From NCBI GenBank assembly GCA_044221905.1, contig JBGAOE010000004.1, positions 249,675-313,674 on the forward strand: a stretch of 64,000 nt of DNA. Direction: 5' to 3'. The translations under genes were made by a program, and so were the position numbers. The notes under the pieces are model-generated. The model was not told the origin of the DNA. It made no database searches and was given only the letters and a program-made list of their open reading frames with translations. Of the stretch, positions 49,328 to 60,100 are shown in pieces. The stretch comes from Bacteroidia bacterium. GTDB taxonomy: Bacteria > Bacteroidota > Bacteroidia > B-17B0 > Aurantibacillaceae. The first letter of the stretch is position 1. Every line of letters begins with the position of its first letter.

Positions 49328-50776
49328 TTAGTTTTGGTTAATGATCTTAACCACTTTTACGCTGCTGTTAGAGTTAACGATTTTAACAATGTAGTTACCG
49401 TTAGCTTTGTTCGACAGGTCAACTGCCACAACTTCTTTGTCGCTTACCAGGGTGCTTACCAGCTGGCCCAGCATATCGTACACAGCAATGGTGTTGCTGC
49501 CGGTTAAACCAGAAATAGTGGTTTTGCCGCTGTTGGTTGGGTTAGGATACACGCTCAGGTTTTCGAAACCGGCTACCTGGTTAATACCAGTAGCAGTACC
49601 AGTAGTGCAGGCAACAACGTTGTAAGTTGCGGTTTTCACGTCAGAGATAGAAGGCACCTGAGTAGAAGGCAGGAACGGGCTAGGACGGTATTTAATAGTT
49701 AAAGAAGTGGTTAATACGCCCGGAGCCGATGGCGTGTTGCTGGCGTTGGTAGTGGTATAAGTGGTGCCGGTGTTGCTGAACGCCCAGTTGTCAATAGGGT
49801 CGGCAGCGTTTGGAGCCACAGAGAAGCTGAAGCCAGTAAGTGGCTGCCAGTAGGTGATGAACTTGTTGAAGTTGAACTGCCTGTTGTACACCAGGGAAGT
49901 AGGTGTAGTGGCATTGGTAAAGTTGATCGCCTGGTTAGTGCAATACGAACCTGGAGTTGCAGTTGAGTTAGGAGCAGAAGCCGTAAAGTTAGATGCAATA
50001 GAGTAAGTAACCATAGGAACCACTACAGCTTCAAGATCCAGACCATTGGCTGCACCGTAGAAGTTAGTGTTTGAGAAGAATGCGTCGATGGCAGGAGTGC
50101 CGGCAGCTACCGCACGAGTGAAAGAAAGACCTTCGCCGAACCTTTCGCTGGCAGGAGCACCTGATGTAGGAGTAGAGGCAGAAGTTACCCAGGCCCTTAA
50201 AGTATCAGTATTGGCAGTAGGCTCCAGTCTGTATGAAATAAAGAAAGAGCCGGTTACTGTTTTAGGAGTGGTGAAGCTGGCTAACCAAAAGTTAGGGTTA
50301 GTGCCTGTAACAGCAGCCATTGCCGAATCCACTTTGGTAGTTGGGATACCGGCAGGAGTAGCGTTGTAAACATATACTTTAACCGGGATTACAGTGCTGG
50401 TAGAATTTGCCTGGCGTGAAGCAAGAAAAGCCACGTCAGAAATAGTAACAGATGCACCTGGAGTCGGATTCAGGAATGCGCTTCCGAACTCAACCAGATC
50501 ACCATTGGTAGAGGTGCCAATAGAACCCTGGATAGTGTAAAAGCCCTGGTTGGCTACGGTATTAATGAACCTTTGTTTGTTATAGAAATACCAAAGCGTA
50601 TCAGGTACAGTAAGCGAAGCCGTTGAAGCAGTTCTTTCGCCGTTTACATTTTTAACCGCTTTGGAAACATTGAATGTGTTAACATCCGCATTTTCGCGGG
50701 TAACTTTAAAACCTTGTGCATTTGCCGCAGAGAAAGAAGCTACCAGAGCTGCGGTCATTAGTAAATTTTTCATCAT
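49328..50776 (-). CDS. T9SS type-A sorted protein (likely start ATG 50776 or 50773; the track gives 50833)
   Basis: MMKNLLMTAALVASFSAANAQ signal peptide, DTLWYFYNKQ, FGEGLS, QFNFNKF, CTD VYPNPTN...VKIINQN. Confidence 0.88.
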   Translation of the reverse strand: MMKNLLMTAALVASFSAANAQGFKVTRENADVNTFNVSKAVKNVNGERTASTASLTVPDTLWYFYNKQRFINTVANQGFYTIQGSIGTSTNGDLVEFGSAFLNPTPGASVTISDVAFLASRQANSTSTVIPVKVYVYNATPAGIPTTKVDSAMAAVTGTNPNFWLASFTTPKTVTGSFFISYRLEPTANTDTLRAWVTSASTPTSGAPASERFGEGLSFTRAVAAGTPAIDAFFSNTNFYGAANGLDLEAVVVPMVTYSIASNFTASAPNSTATPGSYCTNQAINFTNATTPTSLVYNRQFNFNKFITYWQPLTGFSFSVAPNAADPIDNWAFSNTGTTYTTTNASNTPSAPGVLTTSLTIKYRPSPFLPSTQVPSISDVKTATYNVVACTTGTATGINQVAGFENLSVYPNPTNSGKTTISGLTGSNTIAVYDMLGQLVSTLVSDKEVVAVDLSNKANGNYIVKIVNSNSSVKVVKIINQN

Positions 50777-50868
50777 TGTTTTGTTTTTAGAAATTTGTGT
50801 TATTAATTTTCGTAAATATATTTCTTTTTTCATTCACTTCCACATCCACCACAATAAAAATTAACAAC

Positions 50869-50902
50869 TGGTGTGGATTTTCAATCAAGTGGTGTGGATT
50901 TT
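50869..50902. promoter_or_regulatory. 13-bp direct repeat with a 21-bp period in a divergent promoter region
   Basis: TGGTGTGGATTTT at 50869-50881 and 50890-50902. Confidence 0.6.
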
Positions 50903-50957
50903 TGGCCCCTATAACATCTAACTAATAAATATTATTAATTTTACGCCAACTGTATAT

Positions 50958-53900
50958 ATGAAATTAAGGTTTAATACCTTATTGGCCATTTTATTATCCC
51001 CACTCAAAATTGTTAAAAAAGCTCTTGTTTTTTTAATGATGCTTATTTCTTGCCCGGTTTTTACCCAAAATTTGCCGGTGGAAGAGATAAAAAAAGAAGC
51101 AAATAAGCTGTTTGATGAGGAGGAATACGCCAAAGCCTATAAGCCTTACTCGCAGTTGGTGGCCAACTATCCCAAAGACCCTGAATACAATTTTAAGCTG
51201 GGTGTGTGCATGATTTATGCCGAGCCCGACAAAAAGAAATGCCTGCCCTACCTGCAGTTTGCCGCAAAAAACAAAACCGATAACATCAAAGACGTGCATT
51301 TTTACCTCGGCAAAGCCTGCCACATCAATTACCTGTTTGACGAGGCCATTAAAAACTACAGCGAATTTAAAAAAACTGCCTCCGGCGCGCGCCAAAAAAA
51401 ACTGCAGGTAGACCGCGAAATAGCGGCCTGCGACTTTGGCAAAAAGCTGCTCACCAATCTTACCGACCTGGTGGTGCTCTCCAAAAAACAGCTCAGCGAA
51501 GCCGATTATTTCAGGAGCTACGATTTAAAAGACATTGGCGGCAAGCTGCTGGCCAAACCCGATGAATTTAAAAGCGCCGCCGATAAAAAAAAGAAGGATA
51601 AATCGATTGTGTTTTTGCCCAAAACCGGCGACAGGGTGTATTACAGCAGCTATGGCGAAAATGCCGATAACGGACGCGACATTTATTACTCTACCCGCCT
51701 GCCGGGGGGCACTTACAGCAAGCCTGAAAAAGTAAACGGCATTAATACCGAATTTGACGAGGATTACCCTTTTCTGCACCCCAACGGGCAAACACTTTAC
51801 TTTGCCAGCAAAGGCCACAACAGCATGGGAGGGTACGATATTTTTAAATCCAACTACATAGAAGCTTCCAATGCGTGGAGCACGCCGGTAAATCTCGAGT
51901 TTCCAATCAACTCGCCCGACGACGATTATTTGTTTGTAACCGACTCGCTCGAAAAGCTGGCCTACTTTAGCACCGGCCGGCAAAGCCCGCCGGGCAAAAC
52001 CGATGTTTTAAAAATAAACACCGAGCGCAAGCCGATCGATATTCTTGCTATAAGAGGTTCGGTAGAAAAAGAAAATGCCGACCAAAGTGTAAAAAGCAAA
52101 ATCAGCATTAAAAATGCCGACACCAAAGATGATATTGGCATTTATTATGCTGAGGACAATGGCGAATACACCTTGGAGCTGCCAAACGGCGCCAAACTCC
52201 TGTTCACAGTTGAAACGCCGGGCTTAAACACCCAATCGCAGGAAGTGGCCCTTCCCTTCTCCACTGTGTCAAAGCCTTACAAGCAAACCATTTCCTATGC
52301 AGCCGGCATTTTAAAAATAACCAACAATTTTGACGAGTCGCCGGCTGAAAACAATTACCTGCAATACTTAAAGGTGATCGAAAAAAAGGCGAAGCTGGAG
52401 GTTAACGAAGGTCAGAATACGTTGGTAGCGCCTGATGCAACTGCTGCTGCCAAAAAGCAAAAAGATCAAACCGGCCCCCAGGTTATCGAAGATGCAAGCG
52501 CTAACACCGGCAGCGTGGCAGCCAAAGATCCCAAACAGGGACTTGACAATAAGCAGCTGGCGGATATTGCCAAGCAGGATGCCCGCGAATCAGCCGAAGA
52601 AGCCACGCGCCTGAAACAGGACTCGAACGATGCGTTTGAAGTCGGCAACCAGCAAAAAGAAGAAGCCGGCAAAAAATTGATTGCTGCCGATGAAGCCCTC
52701 AAGAATGCAGAAGGCATAAGCAATGAAGACGAGAAAAAACAGGCGCTTGAAAAAGCCGCTGTTTTAAAGCAGGAAGCCGAAAATGCCGATGCGGTAGCCA
52801 ATAAGATACTGGCTTTTGCAAAGTCGCTCGATGCCGATGCTATTGCCAAACAAAAAGAGGCCGACCTGAACGGGCAGTATGCCACCGAGCTTGAAAAAGC
52901 AATCAGCTCTAAAAACGGCAATGCACAGTCGATGGCGAAGCTGGATGAGCTGCAACAGCAGATCAACACGCTGAGTGCTCAAAAAAACGAATCGGATGAC
53001 CTGTTTAATTCCATTAAAAGCGAGATCGGAGAAAAGGAAAAACAGATTGCCGCACTCGAAAAAACCAATGGCAGCGTAAAAGCCAACCTGGATGAGATCA
53101 AGACCGAGATCACGGCTTCGGAGGAAGAGCTGGCACGAACAAAGAAAAAGAAAGACAAGGAAGCGATTATTGTAAAAACCAATGAGCTCAAAACCGAACA
53201 GGGCGATAAGGAAAACCAGATAGCTGCCAATAACGCCGAAATAAAAAAACTGAGCGATGAGCTGGCCGGCCTTAAAAACGAAATGGACCTGGCCAACCGT
53301 ATTAAAACAGAAACCATTGCCGCCAGCACTGCTCCCTCCGCTTCGGTGACCACCTCCACCCCCACTCCTGCCGCCGTAAAAGAGCAAACCGTTAGCATTG
53401 CCAAAACAACTCCAAAAGAAAACAAGGCTCCCGAAGTAAAAAACACGGCGCCGGATAACACTCCCGATTATTCGCCCTTAACTGCAGCCACGGGTGCAGA
53501 GGCCATTGCCCGGCTGGATGAGCTGACCAGCCGGCTAAACAATAATGATAACGAGCTCTTTGATTTTAATGCCTACCAGAATAACCAGGCCCAGAATTTG
53601 AAAGTGGAGGCCGACGCCGGAATAAACGATGCATCGGCCCAGGTAAAAAAACTCAGGGAAGCCATTGTAGCCTCGAAGGAAGAACTTGCGAAGGAGCCTG
53701 CAGCCAGCGGAAGCAGCACTCCTCAGCAGCTTAATAAGGAGGGCGATGAGCTGGCCACAAAAGCCCAGGGGCTAAGAACCGATGCCGACACTAAAACCGG
53801 CGATGAAAAAGACGGACTGATTACCGAAGCAAAAAACCTGGAGGCCAAAGCGGACGAAAAATACATACAGGCATCCGAAGTGACGGGCAGCGACAATACT

Positions 53901-56900
53901 GCCATTTTTGACACCAACCAGGATAATATTAAAGGGCTTCTTGCCGCCAACACATCAGAACAAGCCGATGCTGCGGAGGCCAAGCGCCTGTCGGATGAAG
54001 CCGACATTGCCTTTAAACAATCGAAAGCCATCCGCGAAGAGGCAAAATCACTGCCTAACGCCGGCGCCAAGCTTGGCAACCTGAGCAATGCCGAAGAAAT
54101 AGAATCGGGTGCCATTGCCCGGCAGCAGCAGGCTTTATCGTTGCTAAAAAAATCCAATCCGGGCTTTGCGCTTAAATCTGCCATCACTTCCAGCACTCCT
54201 GGCGCACCCCAGGTTTCGCAGGCCGACCTGGATGCAAAGCTAAAAGCCGTGAACGATGGCATTAATGAGCTGGCCAACACAAAATTAAATTCGTACCAGA
54301 AATTATACGACGCCAATAACTCAGAAATTGAAGCCGTAATGGCCAGTTTGGCCAAAAACCAGGCAGCCATTGATAATACGCCGCGCTTTAAAAGCGAATA
54401 CGTTGCAGGCACCGGTAAGCTCGAAACTGCAAAAGGTTTTAAACAAAGCGCTGATGAGGCTGCCAATATAAGCAGCAAGCTGGCCAGCCTGAACAGTGCT
54501 ATAAAAAAACAACTGGAAGCACTTAAGCAGCTGAACGAACTGAATGCTGAAATCAACAAGGCTCAGCCAACTGTTGATGTGGCTGCTGCCGGAAACACCA
54601 TTACCGAAACTCCGGCAGCTGCCAATCCTGAGCCAACAGTTGCGGCAACAACTCAGCCTGCCGTTGAAAATAAAACCGCCAATACCGTTATTGACACCGT
54701 AAAAACCACTGCAGAGGTACCTGTTGCTGCCACTACTATTGATATGGCCACCCTGGCGCAAAAAGACTCCACCGCCGGGCAGCTGGCTGGTTATTTTGAT
54801 AATGCCAAGGTAAGCCTCAAAAACCCACAGGCTAACTCTTCGCTTCAGAAATCACTTTCAGAATTAAAGTCAACCGACTCTGAAATTAATTCGCTTGAAA
54901 GCCGGATAAACAACTACCAGCCGCCGGCCACTACCGCACCCATCAGCCCCATAGAGCTCTTTAAAAAGGCCGATGAGCTGCTGGTGGAATCGGAGCAGAT
55001 CAGTTCAAAAGCCGGCACCCTAAGAGCAGAGGCCAGCAATAAATCGGGAGAAGAGCAGGACAGCCTGCTCACACAGGCCAAAGAACTGGACAGGCAGGCG
55101 CAGGATAAAAAAATAGAGGCCTCTTCGCTTTACCAGCAGGCCAACGCTTCGGATTATGCCACCAACAACAATGCCATTAATGAGCTGCTGGGCAAAGCCA
55201 AAAACGACAATCCGGACCTTGCTTCAGAATCGGACACAAAAAACAATGAGCTGATAACGCTGTACGAGCAAACAAAAAAACTGAGACAGGAAGCCGAAGC
55301 GCTTGATAATCCCGCCGCCAAACTAGGCGCCATCAGCAACGTGGAAGAAAAAGAAGCGGAGCTGATCCAGAAACAGAATCAGCTTATTAATGAGCTGAAA
55401 AAACAATACCCGGATTATGTTGTGAAACCGCTGAACTCAGAGAACAACGAAACCAGGGAAGAGCTTGTGCAAAAGAAAACCATCTTAAAAGAAAAACAAC
55501 ATGCACAGCTTACCGCTTTAACCAATGCATTCAGCCTTGAGTATGAAGCCAGCAAAAATGCGGTGCCTGCTAATTTAAGCCCTGAGCAAAAAGCCATCCG
55601 GAAAAATGCGGGAGAGCTGAACACCGAATCGAAGCGCCTGCTGATAAGCGCCGCGCAGCAAAAAGATGAAGCTGAAAAAACCAAGCTGCTGACTCTTTCT
55701 GTAAAGGCGGGCAATGCCGCGGTGGAGCAGCTCAACAAGATCATTCCTGAAAAAGGCACCCTGGCCAAAACAAATCCAAACAGCAACAATGGGGATGCCG
55801 CGCTGGATAAGATAGGCAAAGACCTGGCCAATAACACCAAAACTCCTGCAACTAAACCTACTAAAAAAACACCGGCGGTTGCCGCTGTTAAAACACCTAA
55901 AGCCACTACCCCAAAAACAAAAGGCATTGTAAAGGTGGAAGGGCTTGAGGTTACAAAAGGCAATGCTTACAACGACGCCAACCCTATTCCTATAGACGGA
56001 GCCATGGAAAACGGTCTGACATTCAGGGTACAGATCGGGGCATTTAAAACCCGCCTTCCCAACAACGCCTTTAAGGGCTTAAGCCCGCTGAATGGCGAAA
56101 CCACACCCACAGGCTATATTCGCTACACGGCCGGTAATTTTAATAAGCTTGAAAATGCCAATGCCGTGAAAAATGATTTGCGCCGCCTGGGATACAGCGA
56201 TGCATTTGTGGTGGTGTATTACAACGGCAAGCGCATTACACTGGGCGAGGCCCTGGCCATTATGGACAAAGAGGGTAAAACCATTGACCCTAACGCCCCG
56301 CAAACTGCCGGAATTACCGCCAGCGACAATGTGCCCAAAGCCGCTGTGGTGGCACCTGTTGCCGCTGCCAGCCAGGAAACCGTGGTGGTGACAAAAGAGC
56401 TGGAAGAGATCAACGGCCTGCTTTACACGGTGCAAATTGGTGTTTACACCCGGCAGGTTACAAAACGCCAGCTGCTGAATCTGAAGCCTATCTTTACCGA
56501 GAAGCTCAACAACGGCCTGTTCAGGTACACGGCCGGTATTTACAGTAATGCTGACAGGCTGATTGGAGACAAACGAAAAGTGGTGGAGCTGGGCGTAAAA
56601 GACGCGTTTGTATCGGCTTACCTGAATGGAAAAAGAATTCCTTTTACCGAAGGCAAACAAAAACAGGCCGAAGATTCCACGGTGAGAATGGAAGCCGAAA
56701 ATCCGATCGTATTTCCAGAAGCCGGTGTTGTTGAAACGCCTGCCGTGCAGGCTCCGGCCATATTACCCGCAGCTGGCAGTGCTGCAGTGCAACCATTTAA
56801 AAACAATGTAAACAGCTACCCTGCAGCTACCGAAGAAAACGGCGTAAAAACAAACGAAGAGGGCCTTAGCTTTAAAGTGCAGATTGGCGCGTACACCAAA

Positions 56901-57134
56901 CAGGTGCCAAACGATGTGGCAGCCAGGTTTATGAGCATTACCTCGTGGCCGGTTGAGAATAAGCAGATCAATGGCCTGTTTATTTACAACATTGGCAACT
57001 TTAGCGAAGCCCGCTATGCCAAAACCTTAAAAGAGGAAGCGCTTAAGCTTGGCATCAGCGATGCCTTTATAACCGTGTATAAAAACGGGGTGAAACTGTA
57101 TGGCAGCGAGGCCGCTGAAGCCCTGGCAAAATAA
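50958..57134 (+). CDS. 2058-aa periplasmic protein: TPR, PD40 beta-propeller, Ig/CRD-like domain, long coiled-coil region, three SPOR-like domains
   Basis: TPR helices, EDYPFLHPNGQTLYFASKGHNSMGGYDIF and INSPDDD (PD40), and three VQIGA/VY...YTAG...G(Y/V/I)xDAF repeats at the C-terminus. Confidence 0.85.
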   Translation: MKLRFNTLLAILLSPLKIVKKALVFLMMLISCPVFTQNLPVEEIKKEANKLFDEEEYAKAYKPYSQLVANYPKDPEYNFKLGVCMIYAEPDKKKCLPYLQFAAKNKTDNIKDVHFYLGKACHINYLFDEAIKNYSEFKKTASGARQKKLQVDREIAACDFGKKLLTNLTDLVVLSKKQLSEADYFRSYDLKDIGGKLLAKPDEFKSAADKKKKDKSIVFLPKTGDRVYYSSYGENADNGRDIYYSTRLPGGTYSKPEKVNGINTEFDEDYPFLHPNGQTLYFASKGHNSMGGYDIFKSNYIEASNAWSTPVNLEFPINSPDDDYLFVTDSLEKLAYFSTGRQSPPGKTDVLKINTERKPIDILAIRGSVEKENADQSVKSKISIKNADTKDDIGIYYAEDNGEYTLELPNGAKLLFTVETPGLNTQSQEVALPFSTVSKPYKQTISYAAGILKITNNFDESPAENNYLQYLKVIEKKAKLEVNEGQNTLVAPDATAAAKKQKDQTGPQVIEDASANTGSVAAKDPKQGLDNKQLADIAKQDARESAEEATRLKQDSNDAFEVGNQQKEEAGKKLIAADEALKNAEGISNEDEKKQALEKAAVLKQEAENADAVANKILAFAKSLDADAIAKQKEADLNGQYATELEKAISSKNGNAQSMAKLDELQQQINTLSAQKNESDDLFNSIKSEIGEKEKQIAALEKTNGSVKANLDEIKTEITASEEELARTKKKKDKEAIIVKTNELKTEQGDKENQIAANNAEIKKLSDELAGLKNEMDLANRIKTETIAASTAPSASVTTSTPTPAAVKEQTVSIAKTTPKENKAPEVKNTAPDNTPDYSPLTAATGAEAIARLDELTSRLNNNDNELFDFNAYQNNQAQNLKVEADAGINDASAQVKKLREAIVASKEELAKEPAASGSSTPQQLNKEGDELATKAQGLRTDADTKTGDEKDGLITEAKNLEAKADEKYIQASEVTGSDNTAIFDTNQDNIKGLLAANTSEQADAAEAKRLSDEADIAFKQSKAIREEAKSLPNAGAKLGNLSNAEEIESGAIARQQQALSLLKKSNPGFALKSAITSSTPGAPQVSQADLDAKLKAVNDGINELANTKLNSYQKLYDANNSEIEAVMASLAKNQAAIDNTPRFKSEYVAGTGKLETAKGFKQSADEAANISSKLASLNSAIKKQLEALKQLNELNAEINKAQPTVDVAAAGNTITETPAAANPEPTVAATTQPAVENKTANTVIDTVKTTAEVPVAATTIDMATLAQKDSTAGQLAGYFDNAKVSLKNPQANSSLQKSLSELKSTDSEINSLESRINNYQPPATTAPISPIELFKKADELLVESEQISSKAGTLRAEASNKSGEEQDSLLTQAKELDRQAQDKKIEASSLYQQANASDYATNNNAINELLGKAKNDNPDLASESDTKNNELITLYEQTKKLRQEAEALDNPAAKLGAISNVEEKEAELIQKQNQLINELKKQYPDYVVKPLNSENNETREELVQKKTILKEKQHAQLTALTNAFSLEYEASKNAVPANLSPEQKAIRKNAGELNTESKRLLISAAQQKDEAEKTKLLTLSVKAGNAAVEQLNKIIPEKGTLAKTNPNSNNGDAALDKIGKDLANNTKTPATKPTKKTPAVAAVKTPKATTPKTKGIVKVEGLEVTKGNAYNDANPIPIDGAMENGLTFRVQIGAFKTRLPNNAFKGLSPLNGETTPTGYIRYTAGNFNKLENANAVKNDLRRLGYSDAFVVVYYNGKRITLGEALAIMDKEGKTIDPNAPQTAGITASDNVPKAAVVAPVAAASQETVVVTKELEEINGLLYTVQIGVYTRQVTKRQLLNLKPIFTEKLNNGLFRYTAGIYSNADRLIGDKRKVVELGVKDAFVSAYLNGKRIPFTEGKQKQAEDSTVRMEAENPIVFPEAGVVETPAVQAPAILPAAGSAAVQPFKNNVNSYPAATEENGVKTNEEGLSFKVQIGAYTKQVPNDVAARFMSITSWPVENKQINGLFIYNIGNFSEARYAKTLKEEALKLGISDAFITVYKNGVKLYGSEAAEALAK

Positions 57135-57172
57135 TGCAATAAACAATGATGTGGCGTATCGGTAAAAAAAGC

Positions 57173-60100
57173 TTACCTGATCAGTGTTACCATTCCCTTA
57201 TATTCTTTTTTCTGCCCATCGGCCGTTTGCATCGTGATCAGGTAAACATACTCCTCATTTTTGCAGGGCTGGTTTAAGAAGCTTCCATCCCATCCGCTGT
57301 TTATATCGCTGGTATGATAAATCATAGCTCCCCAGCGGTCAAAAATATGCATGCTGTAATAGCCCCGCCCGCGGGTTACGGGTTTAAAGGTATCATTCAT
57401 CCCGTCGTTGTTGGGCGTAAACGTATTGGGAATATAAATGCCAAAATCGGGTGCAACGGTAATGGGCTTTACAATTGTATCTGCGCATTGGTTGATGTCG
57501 CTCACCACAAGCGCCACAGCATAAACACCCGTATTTTCAAAATACAGGTCGGGGTTTTCGTGCGATGAAACAGGCCCGCTGTTATTTACAAAATACCAGC
57601 TCCACCGCTGCTGACCCATACCCTTGCTGGCGTTGATAAAATGCACGTCCTCGTCCTCCTTTGGCTGCAAAGGCTCCCATATAAAATTAGCCTGCGGCGG
57701 AGCCAGCACACTTACGGCAAAACTTTGTGTATTGGCACAGCCGGTAAAGCTGTCTTTAAATCCACAGGTAACTATATGATTGCCGGGCTGCTGCAAACAG
57801 GTAGTGAAATTAACGCCGGTGGTTTGTGTTTGAACCCCAGTTTGCCAGCTTGTGATAATCAGCGAGGATCCCGGAAATGCACGCTCAAATTTAATATCAG
57901 GGCAAAACGGGGCGCAGCCGGCCATTGCACCCTGCAATCTTATTTGCGGTATTTCGTAAACCGTTATAGGCACCACTGCCTTGCCGGTGCAGCCGTTGTC
58001 GTCGGTTACTGTTAATGTATAATTTCCGCTTTGAGCCAGGTTGCCTATCACAAAGCTGGTATTTTTACCGTACATATTAAAATCGTATGGCCCGGTCCAA
58101 TGATACTGTTTGCCGCCGCTGCCCTTAAAAACAACCGTATCGTAAATACAGGCCGACGACCGGGAAGCGTTGATATTGGCCGAAGGAAGGCCTAACACCT
58201 TAACGTATACAACTGCCGAGTTGCTGCAATTATTTGCGGTACCTATTACTGTGTATTGCTGGCTTGCGAATAAGGAGGCAGTTACCATACTGCCGGTGGC
58301 CGCGCTAAGTCCCGTGCCGGGGCTCCAACTGTAGCCGGTGGCCGATCCCCCGGCCGTTAGACTGATGGAAGAGCCCGAACATATTTTTGCGGTGTCGACC
58401 GTGAGCGATACGGTGGGAAGGGCATTTACCATTACCGTAACACTTTGCGTGGGGCTGCTGCAGCCAAAGCTGCTGCCAAACACGGTATACACGCTTGAGC
58501 TGGTGGGGCTGGCCACTGCCATGCTTCCCATGTTGTAGGTTACCAACGATGCTGTTGCAGGCCCCCAGGTATAAGCCGATGCCCCCTGCATCGTATGCGT
58601 AAAGCTTTGACCGGCACATATAACAGTGGCAGGCACAGTGGCCGAAATGGTTGGATTGGCTATTATGGTGAGCGGAACAAACTTAACAACGGTGCACACG
58701 TTGTTGCTGCCGCTTACGGTAATTGTAATAACACCGGCATTATTATAAGGAGGCAATGGTGAAAAATAAGTGGAAGGACCCGAGGGATTATAGTTAAAAA
58801 CCGAGCCCGGGGCTGCTATCCCATAGTTAAGCGCTCCGGAAGCCGATAAGGTGATGATATTAGGCGATCCGTTAAATGCCTGGGCGCAAAAATTGGTACC
58901 GCTTAAGGTAAGTGTGAGCACCGGCGGATCAACAATGAGTTGCTGCACAACTGCCATATTGGTACAGCCCGCAACGCTGGTAACCGTTACGGTATAGTTT
59001 CCCGAAGCATTGGGAACGGGGTTAGTGAGCGTAGGACTTTGTGCATTGGAGGTGAAGCTCAGCGGCCCCTGCCATAAATAACTGGCACTGGTGAAAGAGC
59101 TGGCGGAAAGCGTCGTATTGGCCTGCCCCGTACACACGGTGCTGCCCAAGGCTGTGAGCGGAGGCACCGGGTTTACAATTACCATGGTGCTGGCTGCTGC
59201 CGTGCAGCCGTTCACTGCGGTTAAAGTAAGACTATAAACGCCGGCCCGCGCCATACTTATAGGATTAATACCTGGATTTTGAACCGAGGCAGTGAAGCTG
59301 CTGGGCCCCGTCCAGGAGTATGAAACTGCGCCACTGTTGGCGGTTAACTGCAGCGCATCATTGTCGCACAATGGGCTGTTTGAACCTGGCGATGCCATAA
59401 CCGGCAATACCACCATACTGGCCGTGGCAGCCGTAGAGCAGCCAAACGCCGATGCCACAACGATGTATGGCGTGGTTGACAATGGATTGTCGGATAAAAC
59501 AGCGCCTATAGTGCCGGTATTCCATAGATAGGTGCTGCCGGCAGATCCGCTAACAGTAAGCTGGCCCGTACTGCCCGGGCAAATGGAAACATTGCTCACA
59601 CTCAATGTTGGGTTATTGGTAACAGTAATGCCAATCGTATCACTTATCGGGCAGCCGTTAAAATCAGTTGCATTCAATGTATAAACATACGATCCGCCAA
59701 AAGCGGGAACGGCCGCATAACTGGCAGTGGTTGGACCTCCTATCCAGTTAAACTGGTAAGGCTGCACTCCGCCCGATAAGGTGGACGTAAGCGCCACGCT
59801 GGTGCTGGCACAGGTGGTTGCCGAGCCCGAAGCCAGGTTAAGCGTGAGTGCCGGCGGCTGTGTAATCACAAACGTATTGCTGAACGAGCAGCCGGTTAAA
59901 GCATCGGTCACCGTTACGCTCCAGTTGCCGGCACTAAGCGTGGCAGGATTCGGCAATGAGGAAAACACGGCGCCATCGGTCCAAAAAAAACTGGGGTTGG
60001 GCGAACCGCCGGTAATATTGGTGACATTTGCCGTGCCGTTATTTACCCCGTTGCAGGTAAGGCTGGCCGTATTATTAAGAGTGCCGGTAAATGGCTGCGC

